Below, one piece after another: positions 11,634-24,275 of a stretch of 64,000 nt of DNA. Source of the DNA: Macrostomum lignano. Taxonomy: Eukaryota. The stretch spans positions 1 to 64,000 of the forward strand of contig NIVC01000069.1 of assembly GCA_002269645.1 (NCBI GenBank), read 5' to 3'. The position numbers and the translations under genes were made by a program. Positions within the stretch are counted from its first letter, which is position 1; each line of letters begins with the position of its first letter. Under the pieces are notes generated by a model. That model saw nothing but the letters and a program-made list of their open reading frames with translations. It was not told where the DNA came from and did no database searches.

Positions 11634-14554
11634 AAAGTGGAAGTATTGGCTGAATATGATTCAGTGTATTAAAATGAATGCTTGAATTTTTGGGTAAAAT
11701 GAAAACTGCTATATTAAGCTGTTACGTTTAAAAGTATATACAAGATTTGCAAACCCAAGAGATGAGGTGGATTGAAAGTTTAGAAGCAATCTATAGCTAT
11801 GAACTTGGGAAGGTGCAATCTGGTCTACCTAGACCTACCTATACCCACACTGCAGCACGGTACTGTAGCCATTTCACAAGATGGGCGCGGCCAGTTTAAA
11901 AGAGACCAAACAAATTATAAAGAGAAAAAACTACTTAAGCAAAGTGTTGGAGTGTGGGAGGCGTATAGGCAAGGCAATTAGCCACGAAGATCCATGCTTA
12001 GAGCCAGTCGGACTGCATGCAATGACCCAACTTTACCCTAACAACAAGCCATTACACTGCCAGAAAAATTCGCCGCGGTAAGGGGTTGGGGCTGGTCTGC
12101 TTAGGGTGAGTCACGCCATCAACTTGCGAGTTGGGCGAGTCTAGCTCTGACCATTCTACGCTAGGATATATCTTATCAAATCTGAACCCTACCATGCTCG
12201 CCCTCAGCACAATGTTCGTCCATTGTGCTCTTGTAGTAAGTTAGCTCGTCATTTTCTATTTGGTTTGTAGTAAAATGAAAAGCGGCTAAATGAAATGAGA
12301 AGGCATACGCATTCATGAATAGAATGGTTTCATGGCCTACCTACAACCCAGGCTCAGCAAGGCTAGCTAGACACGTGCCCGCAAGCTGGCTGAGTAGATG
12401 GGTCGTGTTCTGCATAGGTTGAGATTAGGCCGGCTCTGCGTGGATGGGTCCGTATAAGAGTATAATTCCGTACATTAAGTGCAGCTGGGTCCCCTGAGTA
12501 AGATGAGCTAAAGTGGTTGTGCATTGAAGAGTGCTAGCAACTGTCTGCTTGAAGGTCACAACAGATAAAAAAAGTTAATTTTTCTCTTCCTGAATTCCTT
12601 AGGGCGAAGCTCCATGTCATAAAGTTTGTACGTGTGGCTTTGTGTGTGTGAATATTTATGGCCTGGGGACCATTATAGATACATTCCGCGTGCAAACTAA
12701 TTTGTAAAAAATGCTAACCATTTAAGAACGAAGTTAACATGTACATATTGTGCGTTCGTACTCAACAGCTGTTAACTCAAGCAGAAAATATTCTGCATGT
12801 TCCTGGTGCATGCTTAATCTCGTCTTTTTACGTACTTGCGGCATGCACCCCGTCCCTTCGGGCTGGAAGTAATTTTGGTCTGTTTTTTAGACGATACAAA
12901 TTCAGAAAGCAATGTGTCCCTTAGATCAGAATTGGCAATTTAGCTAGGACATAGCAGGCGCTTGATAGATGGAAATAAAAAATAACCGTGGCCAAAATTC
13001 ATTGGATTTGAAGCATGTTCTTTGCTTGTTTGCTTTTGTCTGGGTAAGGTTTAAAAAATTTAATTTAGACTGTACCAGAGGAACTTGAGCGTCCGTCTGC
13101 TATGGTGTCTTGATCTTGACCGGCAATTGTGCTGGGAAGGGAGGGGACCAGCCTGCCAGGAACATCCCAGGCCCAGACAGATGGGATACATTTGACACGC
13201 GGTCCCGCATGGTCGACCCGACAGCCTAGGCCCGACAGTGTGGGATTTGAGCAGGGTATTTTTGTAAGAGGCCTCTGCATGGTTCATCTCGTGGAGGTGA
13301 AACCGGTGAAAATATTTATATAGGTATTTCCCATTATATTTTAGCAGAATACTTTAAATTTCAAAATATTAAATAATTAGTTTTTTGACACGATTTAGTA
13401 TTTAAAAAGTTGCTCTTCAGTGCGCAATTATTTTACTATTTACTATTTTACTTCTAAACTCTTTACAGTAGACAAATAGAACTACCGGACGAATATAACC
13501 ATACCCTTGTAGACATGTATGCATATGCATTAAATGCAAACTTCTTTGTAATACTATAATTGCAATAGTATGTCACTGTCACTCTTCTAAAGACGTACAT
13601 ATATATGTATATGAACTACATATATTTTACAGTAGTAGTCAGTAGTCACCGATGTAACTATAACCGCATGTACTTCAAACATTCAGAAATTCTAATGTGT
13701 AAATTAGAGATAAACCAAAAACGCTACGAGTACGAGATGTTCGTAGACTTGATGCAAATTGAAATATTTAATATACCCCCGGCCCCGACCGGCCACCCCT
13801 GACGCCCTGGGATAATCCGGTTGCGCCTGGTCATTTAACTTTAAGCTGCACATGCTGCGACTCTAATGCCAGTCTGCAGAAAAGTTATTTCGTTACCGAA
13901 CAGATATTCTTCGTCTCAGGGACAACTTAAACTACCGGGACGCGAAACAAGCCAAATCATGGCGAAAAAAGTTGGGGGCTCGTTTGAGTCTATGGGCGCC
14001 CGATTTTTCATGCATTAAATGCTTAGCTTAGCTGCTGAAAAGACTAAGGCCACAGTATTATTTTTGCTTTAAAAGGTTCAGAAGTTGTCTAAAAGTTTTT
14101 TTATTCAGTTTTAAATATGTTTTTTTGTTTTTTTGAGTACTAAAAAACGGCCGTACAGAGCACAGTGACATACAATTAGACACGCGAGATATTCACGAAG
14201 AAAATATTTAAACTTAGCATGGTGTATATATGTGGAACGGAACTGAATAGCTTATTTGAGGAGGAACTTATACGGGGACCTGTATACTGTATAGGAAAAA
14301 CTGGGGTACTAAGCGAAAAGTACATATATTTAAGCATGTGAGATAAGCACAAGAGAAAAAAGTTTAAAAGCATGAAATGATGTGTGTACAAAAGTACAAG
14401 GCAACTCGTACTCGTAGAATAGAACACAGAAAATCAGGACTAAACAGAACGAATTTTAGGAGGAACCCAGATAAGGAGCAGCTAGATATGAAAGATTTCG
14501 GATTGAAAAATTTGAAACTCCAAAGACAGAATACTAAAAACTATACCGCAAATT

Positions 14555-15399
14555 CATTGGCCTCCCAGTTTGCGTAGCTTTCTGTCGTGCGATGTAGTCG
14601 GCGCAGGTGCAACCTTGGATGAGCGCTTTACCAGGCCTTTAAAATAAACATTCGTAAGCCGACGACTTATACTGCTGCCGTGTCTATGGAACCGTCGCAC
14701 TTCAGTGCTGCAACAACCTTTTCATTGAAGACTTGGAGAGCGAGTGTTACCTTCGTTTTTCTGTATGCTTGAACTGAAGGATAGCAAGCTTCATGGGTTA
14801 ATTCCGTTCGTTTGACAACGTGATATTCTTCTGATTTGTACAGTCGGATCACGTCCACCCATTTGGCCGATATATTTACTGTCTGCACCTGGCGGTTGAA
14901 TAGTTAAGGTTCCATTGGATTCAGTTTGCCAATTATTGCAAGTCTCGAATCAAAACTGGCGTATGCATAATGAATGCGCGAACAGAGAAGTTTGGGGCAA
15001 TAAAAACTGTCTGTCTTTCCGTCTGTATCAAGCACGAAGATGGAAAGCCAGAGAAGACAGAAGTCAGATCTTTCGGTCTTTCATATCGACCATTCTTCAA
15101 CATGGGGTGTCACTTGGCAAATGCTTTTGGCATATGTCCATGTGTTCAGTCACTGTCTAGAATGGTAAATTTTATCGCAGTGGTTATTTTTAACAATTAG
15201 TTTGTGTAATAAATTCATCCACGCATACCAGCGTACGATGGCTTAGAATTAATATCCTTCTTACCTCAAAAATATTTGGTAGGGTCTGTCTCCAACGCTC
15301 CCGTTCTCGTGCATCTCAAGGAAGAGCAAATATCGTTGTTCGGCTTTCTTCTGAGTTATAGTTTGATCTGCAGTTAAAGACGCTGCACTTTCTCGACAT
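14555..15399 (-). pseudogene. Decayed, internally deleted P-element (THAP + P transposase) with a 108-nt intron in the THAP domain
   Basis: 15399-15265 encodes MSRKCSVFNCRSNY...IFALP*DARERERWRQTLPNIFE, ending at a GTAAG donor. After the acceptor at 15157 it reads TVTEHMDICQKHLP and, past a frameshift, RPKDLTSVFSGFPSSC, giving the THAP C2CH pattern. Downstream NNWQTE...AKWVDVIRLYKSE...VKRTELT...YP...KVTLALQVFNEKVVAAL resembles P-transposase motifs. Contains a stop and frameshifts. The left boundary (CATTGGCC at 14555) is tentative. Confidence 0.75.
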
Positions 15400-16878
15400 T
15401 TTTCACAGTCGCACAAGAGTTGAGGGCTATTTATTTGCCCTCACACCTCTTTAGACTGAAGAGTTGTAGTTGGAACGGCCATAGAACACTGCTTTCAAAC
15501 GAGCCCCCAACTTTTTTCACCATGATTTGGCTTGTTTTGCGTCCCGGTAGTTTAAGTTGTCCCTGCTTCGTCTATTATCGATTTATCGATTTAATTGCTG
15601 GTTCGTATAACCCCCGACCACTTCAATTCTTCACATTATCAATTTATCCATCGTTGACCCACGCTGATTTTATAGCAACGTTATAAATAAACTGATTTCC
15701 TTGCCCTAGCTGTGCGCCAATTAAATTAACCCGCTTTGACTAATTGTTTGGCTAACCCACTCCCCAAGTTGATGACTTAATTATCGTTACACTTCTCCCA
15801 GCCCGAGCGCTTGGTCTGGATTGGAATGAATGCTATTGAGGGACTTTCTGGCTAACCCCAACCCAACCTCAACCCCCGGCTCCGCTGACTGTAATGACTT
15901 TAACATTTTAATTCCACCACTTCGCCTGTGTGCGTGGCCTGGGGAGGGTGAAGATGTTAGTTTATCGATTTTCTCGCTAAGCGCGGTGCAATCCAGTTTA
16001 TTGTCGTTCAATTCTTCCACATGCGCTCCTTTGCTTGCGACAGCTTTCTCTTTTGTTTGGTCATGTTTACTGTCTTGGTTGACTTAAAATCCCGTACCGT
16101 TTTTGCTTCCTACTAACAGTAGGAACTCAGAATTAATATAAACGATTAACGTACCTGTGTTCTTACGTAATTTAACAAGCTACTAAAAACTCACACACGT
16201 TCTGTATATTTTCTATTACCATAAAGCAAAGGAATTGTGAGATCACAGGCAAATTAAATAGGCATAAACAAGGAAAATTGAATTCTGTTAAATAAGAACA
16301 TACGCGTATTCTCTTAGTATCTGGATAGTGGATACAGAAAAAAGCCGGAAAACCCAATTACTACAATCGTACGCGCACTAAAACAAATTGTTATCTGGAA
16401 TTTCAGGATTCAAATCCTTACTTACAGCTGTTTTAAGCATTCGCAGTCAAACCTATGGGATTGTGACCAGAAAAATCCAGTACAAAACAATAATAAAAGT
16501 GCAACTGAGGCCAACCATACACTGGTTATTATTGATCAGCTTAGTAAAGAAACACAAGCTAACCAAGACACAGAACCCAGCTAACACAGAAAGATACAGC
16601 ATGTAGCAAAAAAGCATCAATGATTTTAAATATCATATTGCGTGGACAAAGCGGTTAGGAATACATGTAACAAATTTTACTGAATAAAAAAAATGAAGTT
16701 AGGAATTTTAAGACACATCTGGCAGAATATATAAGACATCAAATAGGAAATATGGTTAAAAAATTGATACAATCGAACTACTTATTACGAATAAACATGT
16801 CCAGGTAGATATCTAAAATTCTAAATTACTGGCGACATGCTACAGTTGCTTTTAAAAAAGTTAATTTTACAGGAATTA

Positions 16879-17610
16879 GACAGGAAGTTATATTACAGCC
16901 TGAACCTATGGACCGGAAGTTATATTACGGCCTGAACCTATGGACCGGAAGTTATATTACAGCCTGAACCCATGAACCGGAAGTTATATTACAACCTGAA
17001 CCTATGAACCGGAAGTTATATTACAGCCTGAACCTATGGACCGGAAGTTATATTACAGCCTGAACCTATGAACCGGAAGTTATATTACAGCCTGAACCTA
17101 TGAACCAGAAGTTATATTACAGCCTGAACCTATGAACCGGAAGTTATATTACGGCCTGAACCTATGAACCAGAAGTTATATTACAGCCTGAACCTATGAA
17201 CCGGAAGTTATATTACAGCCTGAACCTATGAACCGGAAGTTATATTACAGCCTGAACCTATGGACCGGAAGTTATATTACAACCTGAACATATGGACCGG
17301 AAGTTATATTACAACCTGAACCTATGAACCGGAAGTTATATTACAGCCTGAACCTATGAACCGGAAGTTATATTACAGCCTGAACCTATGAACCGGAAGT
17401 TATATTACAGCCTGAACCTATGGACCGGAAGTTATATTACAGCCTGAACATATGGACCGGAAGTTATATTACAGCCTGAACCTATGGACCGGAAGTTATA
17501 TTACAACCTGAACATATGGACCGGAAGTTATTCATATATTACAGCCTAAAACCTATGGACCGGAAGTTAAACTATAACATAAACTTATGAACCGGAAGTT
17601 AAAAATCAAG
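16879..17610. repeat. 32-bp minisatellite (CCGGAAGTTATATTACAGCCTGAACCTATGAA), about 21 copies, just 3' of PDXDC1
   Basis: Direct reading; every unit carries CCGGAAGT or a one-base variant. Confidence 0.93.
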
Positions 17611-17874
17611 CTATAGATGGGTACGTCAAAAAATTAATTTTCAATCTAAAGTAAACTGAACGGACCGGAAATACCATAAGCTATAAGCTAACCGTTAACA
17701 CTGAACCGGAACCTACCTAGTAATATAGGTACTATAGCTAGCTACTAATCTCATATAGTGCAAAAGTAAAAGTCATTTCAAAGCAACTTTTTTACTTATA
17801 TTAGGAGGAATAGTTAATAGTAAAATGAAAGGAAAACAAAGGAAAAAATCTCATCGATACAAAAGTGAAATCAG

Positions 17875-20800
17875 TCACAGATTTGGCCCCCCGTTCACTT
17901 GCATCTTGTACTTGTAGGTGAGCTCGGTCGATGTCAGCCGGCCACTCTGCAACGAGAACGCCGCACCGCCTGAGTCCTTGGCCGGATCCTTGGCTAGCGG
18001 CGACAGCCAGTTGACCACCGAGTCAAGGAACGGCACCTGGCGAAGGGCGCCGGCCTCAGCTAGGCGACGCTGTTGCTCCCGTCTGAGCGCCGATTCCGCC
18101 TCGGCAATTCGTCGACGAACTAGGGCGTCTAGACGGCGCGCGCACAGTCTGGCGTCGGCTGCGGCGGCGCCGGCTTCGAGAACGCGGCGAACTAAGGATG
18201 GCAGGTCGGCGTCCTCCGGGACAAGGCCGCAGCGCAGGCAGCCAGACTCTGGGCACCAGGCAAATCCGGCGTCCATGGAGCGGACGGCGGCGGCGAGGTC
18301 GCGATTCACGGCGTCCTCTTCCTCGGCGGAGATGACGTCTGGCGTTGAGTCAGCGGCGACGAATGGCTGGAATCAGGGGGAGGAGAGAAGCATGGGGTCA
18401 TTAGAAGCAGACCGGAAGTAAGGGTTGTAGCTGGTCCTAGTGACCGGAAGTAAGTGTTGTAGCTTGCACTAGTGACCGGAAGTAAGTGTTGTAGCTTGCA
18501 CTAGTGACCGGTAATAAGGGATGTAACTTGCCCTAGTGACCGGTAATAAGGGATGTAAGTTGCCCTAGTGACCAGAAGTAAGGGTTGTAGCTTGCACTAG
18601 TGACCGGAAGTAAGGGCCGTAAGATAGCTTGAACTAGCAACCGGAAGTAGGGTTAGCCTGCCTTAGTAACCGGAAGTATGGTTGTAGCTTGCCCTAGTGA
18701 CGGAACTAAGGGTTGCAGCTTGAACTAGCTACCGGAAGTAAGCTAGGGTTGCAGCTTGAACAAGTCGCCGGAAGTAAGGATTGAACCTAGAATTATGACA
18801 GTAAATTTTAATTTAAATTAAGATACACTTTAACGCTCAATATATTATTTAGCAAACTGCAACTATTGGTAGTAGCATAGTGAGAGAAATAAACTTAAAA
18901 AAAATTAAACCAACCTTTTCCTCGCCGACATCCTCAACAGTCGGGCCGCCAGTTGCCGTCTCAGCCTCCTCCTGCTGCTTCTCCTCTTCATCTTCATCGC
19001 CGAAATCCTCCGGCCTAAGCCGATAGCGCAGGCCGCCAAGGCCAGGCCAGTCGGGCATGTCAACGTACATCAATCGGCCTTCGCTAGCCTCGGCCAGTTT
19101 TATAAACTCCGATCGAGCTCGCCTAGTAGAGTCGAGCAGGCGAAGCGAACTGCTCAGAGCTTCGGCCAGGCCGTCAACGTGATCTGGCAGCCAGTCGGCG
19201 CACGACTCGATCGGGCAGAACCGGATGCAGTACCTGGAGGCGTTCGATTCACTATCTCCGTTACGTAGGCGAATTTTGATGACGGACAGAGACTGCAGAT
19301 GAGGCAGCGCTGAGCGGAGGCTGTCCACTAGCCAGCGATTCTCTCCTAGTAGACGGCGTTGGGCCAGTTGCTGCTGCAAGCGCTGAAAGAATCCATTGAT
19401 TGATTGGGCGCTCATTGTAGCTTGAGTGAGCAGATACTTTAGAAGTGATTATCCCGTGTATCTCCAGAGAATATTATCCAGAGTATTTCTATGGGAGATT
19501 ATCCCGGGTATTTCTGGGGAGATTATCAAAGGTATATCAAGGGAAGATTATCCCAGGTATTTCTAGGAGAAATTATCTCGGGCATTTCTGAAGGGAGATT
19601 ATCTCGGGTATTTCTAGAGGAGATTATCCCGGGTATTTCTAGGGTAGATTATCCCGGGTATTTCTAGGGTAGATTATCCCGGGTATTTCTAGAGGAGATT
19701 ATCCCGGGTATTTCTAGGGTAGATTATCCCGGGTATTTCTAGGGTAGATTATCTCGGGTATTTCTAGAGGAGATTATATCGGGTATTTCTGGGGGAGATT
19801 ATCTTGAGTACCTCCAGTGAGATTATCCTGGGTATCTTTAAGGGAGATTATCCTGGATATCTCTTGGGGAGATTAACCTGGGTCTCTCTAGTGAGATTAT
19901 CCTGGTCAAAATACTCGCACAATTTTCTTCACCTCTTCCTGAGCGTCTTCAGAATCATCATGGGCAGGTTTAGACGAGTTCTCCGCAGCTTCTGCAGCTT
20001 CCTCATCAGTTTTATCTTTAGCCTGCTCATGATGAGCATCGCCGCTATTTCGCCGGTCACTGCCGATGCGCGCGTAGGGCGCCCTGGCCTGGTTTGTACT
20101 TTTAGCTGCGCTAATGGCCTTATTAGCCACCTTATCCTCATTAGCACCGCTATCAATAGCCAGTTCGCAGCGCTGCTCGGGCGGACAATACCGGAACAGC
20201 AGAACAGTTGGCGCGAATTCAAAATCAATCAGAAAGCTCAGCATCTGGCCTAGCAGATTGCTATTGGCTTTGATATCTGCTCGGTCATTGTCGGATAGAG
20301 ACTGCGGCTCTATCAGTTCAATGTCTGGCGCTGTTTTTAGCGCCGTTAAAGTGGCTTTGACCGTCTGTTCGACATTGCGGACTCGAGCTTGGATATTGTC
20401 GTAGCCGATCGCTTGCAGGACGAACCAGAGCGGCAGGAGAGACATTGGCTGGTAGGATAGGCAGCGAATATCGGCCGGGGCTGTCAGCGGCTGCTGCTTC
20501 CTCTGCTGCCCGAATTGCTGCTCAGTTTGCTCTTCTTCTTCTTCTTCTTCTTCGCCTTTTGGCTTGTCGTTGTTGCTTGGCGTCGCAGCTTCTGTGGTTC
20601 TTTTGTCACTATGCTTATTGGCTTTGGTAGCGGAGGCTTCGTCTTCATCTGTTGTCTGCAAGTTATTCAAGTTAGTTTGTGTTGTCTCAATATATATTTA
20701 ACTTCCTATCTGCGCTACTATAGGAAATTAGCTATATTTCTAACCTGTATTGCAATATTTAGGTTATTCTAATTACGAATTATTGTACGTATAATTAGGG

Positions 20801-23800
20801 TATCTCAATTTCTTTAAATCATGCAGGCGGTTGCTACCCAGATCATTCACAAATCAGCCAAGGCTTACTCACTCAGTTGCTACCCAGATCATTCACAAAT
20901 CAGTCAGGGCTACTCACCCAGTTGCTACCCAGATCATTCACAAATCAGTCACGGCTACTCACCCAGTTGCTACCCAGATCATTCACAAATCAGTCAGGGA
21001 GCTCAGGCGGTAGCTACTCTTTCCTCACCTTGTGCAGCAGAGAGCCGTCCCTAGCAATCCGCAGCACAGTGGCGCTGACCAGACCCGGATAGCCCAGCCA
21101 CTGGTCGAACTCCATCAGACAGGAGGAGACAGCCGAGCTGCCGCCTAGCAACGGTCTCAAACTAGTTGGTACAGAGTTTAGCGCCAGCTGGGACAGCTTC
21201 GAGCCCTGAACGTGCAGCCAGACCCGGTGCTGCCGACAGATGGCGGCCACGCGGCCCAGCCGATCATAGGAGCCGGTCAGGCGGGTGCCGCACATGGCCT
21301 GCACGAATAGCGGAGTTCGACCTTCGCCAGAGTCCGACTCGACTAAGCGTTGCAATTCGGAATGATCGATGCAGTCGGGGTTGTGCGAACTGCCTGGCAA
21401 CTGCAGATGGGGTTTTGTTGGTTTTGGGGAATTTGGTTAGCAACACTCACTGGCACTGAACAGTAACAGGTGCCTAAACAGAGATTCGAAGTGGCGCCAA
21501 GTAGGGATTTCTATGAATCTAGGAGTGCCAAATAGGGATTTCTAAGGGTGCCAAATAGGGATTTCTAAGGATAGCAAATAGGGATTTCTAAGGATAGCAA
21601 ATAGGGATTTCTAAGGATAGCAAATAGGGATTTCTAAGGATAGCAAATAGGGATTTCTAAGGATAGCAAATAGGGATTTCTATGAATCTAGGAGTGCCAA
21701 ATAGGGATTTCTAAGGGTGCCAAATATGGATTTCTAAGGATAGCAAATAGGGATTTCTAAGGATAGCAAATAGGGATTTCTAAGGGTGCCAAATAGGGAT
21801 TTCTAAGGATAGCAAATGGGGATTTCTATGATTCTAGGAGTGCCAAATAGGGATTTCTAAGGATAGCAAATAGGGATTTCTAAGGGTGCCAAATAGGGAT
21901 TTCTAAGGATAGCAAATAGGGATTTCTAAGGGTGCCAAATAGGGATTTCTAAGGATAGCAAATAGGGATTTCTAAGGATAGCAAATAGGGATTTCTAAGG
22001 ATAGCAAATAGGGATTTCTAAGGATAGCAAATAGGGATTTCTAAGGGTGCCAAATAGGGATTTCTAAGGATAGCAAATAGGGATTTCTAAAGATAGCAAA
22101 TAGGGATTTCTAAAGATAGCAAATAGGGATTTCTAAGGATAGCAAATAGGGATTTCTATGAATCTAGGAGTGCCAAATAGGGATTTCTAAGGATACCAAA
22201 TGGGGATTTCTAAGGATAGCAAATAGGGATTTCTAAGGATAGCAAATAGGGATTTCTAAGGATAGCAAATAGGGATTTCTAAGGATAGCAAATAGGGATT
22301 TCTAAGGATACCAAATGGGGATTTCTAAGGATAGCAAATAGGGATTTCTAAGGGTGCCAAATAGGGATTTTTAAGGATAGCAAATAGGGATTTCTAAGGG
22401 TGCCAAATAGGGATTTCTAAGGGTGCCAAATAGGGATTTCTAAGGGTGCCAAATAGGGATTTCTAAAGATAGCAAATAGGGATTTCTAAAGATAGCAAAT
22501 AGGGATTTCTAAGGATAGCAAATAGGGATTTCTATGAATCTAGGAGTGCCAAATAGGGATTTCTAAGGATACCAAATGGGGATTTCTAAGGATAGCAAAT
22601 AGGGATTTCTAAGGATAGCAAATAGGGATTTCTAAGGATAGCAAATAGGGATTTCTAAGGATAGCAAATAGGGATTTCTAAGGATACCAAATGGGGATTT
22701 CTAAGGATAGCAAATAGGGATTTCTAAGGGTGCCAAATAGGGATTTTTAAGGATAGCAAATAGGGATTTCTAAGGGTGCCAAATAGGGATTTCTAAGGGT
22801 GCCAAATAGGGATTTCTAAGGGTGCCAAATAGGGATTTATACGGGGCGCCGAGATAGGATCAAGGGGGGAGCTAATAACAAAAAAGGTTGTTCTAAGACG
22901 CTCACAATACGAAAGCAAGTCTTCGGCAAGCACAATTGGCAAGACAAATAATCCATCAGACTTGTTGAAGTAGTCGGATGCAGATAGATCACTGGCGGCT
23001 TGCTGAACAGGCACTCGAATCCGGTCTCCAGCAGGTTGGGAAATCTTGACAGCAGTGCTCGGCGACAGGCCAGCACGAGGCTGTCCCGCTTGTCCATGTG
23101 GAAGGCCAGCTCGCCGCCTCCGAGGCGCCACACTTTCGGTATCCATTCCGATAGGTCAGCCTGGGTGCGGCGAGGTTCAAGCGAAAGAAAATTTATAGCG
23201 ACTGCCTCAATAGCCCTACTGATAGTAGCATTAGTGACATTACTGAATCAACTTGAGATAAAGCAATAAAAATAGTTTATAAAAAGCGTTGCATGACGTG
23301 TAGCTTGAGCTGTAGATTTTGTAGATCAGTGCTACGAGACTAGCAGATTCTAGAGATCAACTCTATGAACCTACAGATTCGGTAGACCAATCCCACGAGC
23401 TTACAGAATCTGTGGAACAATCCTAAAAGCCTACAGCTTACAAGCTTATACAGATCCTGTAGATAAATCCTACAAGCTTACAGAATCTGTAGATCAATCC
23501 TACAAGCTTACAAAATCCGTAGATCAATACAAGCTTATACAGATCCTGTAGATCAATCCTACAAGCTTACACAGAATCTGTAGAACAATCCTACAAGCTT
23601 ACAGATTCTGTAGAACAATAGTACAAGCTTACAGAATCTGTAGATCAATCCTACAAGCTTACAGAATCTGTAGAACAATCCTACAAAAGTAGAGATATGC
23701 TAGCTTAACGTGTAGTCTTTAGATGCAATTAGATATCTCTTGTTTCGCAGCTAAATTAAGAAGACCCCAATGAATGGAATGGCAATCACTAAGAACCAAT

Positions 23801-24275
23801 GAAATTGCACAACCTGCAGTCGTTTAGCAAAGCCGCTCCCAAAGCCGCCACTCGATAGCCAAGCGGCCAGACTCTGACAGCACAGCACAGCGTTGGCGCG
23901 CTGATCCAAGTAGCGCAGCTTCGGCCTCCGACCGCTGTCGCCATTCAAGTCAAACAGCATGGAGCACAGGTCCTCCATTAAGCTGTCCATGCTCCGACCG
24001 GCGCTCTTCAATGGCAACGGCACGTGTTTGGTGTCGCGAGCCCGCTCCTGATCTTTCCTCTCCTGCTCCATTCGTTGGTTCATCTCGTCAATGCCTTTAG
24101 TAGATTCCATTATGGTGCGCTCGAGGTCTTGAAACATTTTATCCATAGCCGGATTGGGATAGGCCTGGCCCAGAGTCTGCGGATCGGCATCCAGGAAGCT
24201 CAATGGATGACCCCTTCGCTTCTTGTCCTCGCCATTTTCTCCAGTCTGACAGGCCACACTGGACCTGTTGGGCAT
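17875..24275 (-). CDS. PDXDC1: Pyridoxal-dependent decarboxylase domain-containing protein 1, about 920 aa. Exons 24275-23814, 23160-22906, 21400-21029, 20655-~19933, ~19382-18915, 18366-17875
   Basis: Motifs recognised against recalled human PDXDC1: KPPVIYL, TPLFVQAMCGT...YDRLGRVAAICRQHRVWLHVQG, LPLWFVLQAIG, NRWL...CIRFCP, RQVPFLDSVVNWLSP...FSLQSGRLTSTELTYKYK. All introns are GT-AG, phase 0. The start codon and the exon 4/5 boundaries are approximate. Confidence 0.9.
18410..18780. repeat. Degenerate 32-bp minisatellite (ACCGGAAGTAAGGGTTGTAGCTTGCACTAGTG) in PDXDC1 intron 5
   Basis: About 11 units, most with ACCGGAAGT. Confidence 0.85.
19448..19905. repeat. 25-bp minisatellite (GATTATCCCGGGTATTTCTAGGGTA) in PDXDC1 intron 4
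   Basis: About 18 variably diverged units filling most of the intron. Confidence 0.88.
20830..21000. repeat. 45-bp tandem repeat x4 in PDXDC1 intron 3
   Basis: GTTGCTACCCAGATCATTCACAAATCAG starts at 20830, 20876, 20921 and 20966. Confidence 0.9.
21499..22840. repeat. 23-bp minisatellite (AAATAGGGATTTCTAAGGATAGC) in PDXDC1 intron 2
   Basis: More than 50 units with GGGTGCC and 33-bp variants, and a duplicated block of about 376 bp (22090 vs 22466). Confidence 0.95.
23330..23690. repeat. 30-bp minisatellite (TAGATCAATCCTACAAGCTTACAGAATCTG) in PDXDC1 intron 1
   Basis: About 10-12 diverged units. Confidence 0.85.

Noticed and set aside
9188-13330. Short ORFs at 9.2-9.8, 10.7-11.0, 11.8-12.1 and 13.0-13.3 kb
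   Set aside because: No recognisable motifs and no consistent splice chain could be built.
15400-15500. Right-hand TIR of the P-element relic
   Set aside because: No convincing inverted copy of the 14555 end and no 8-bp TSD was found.
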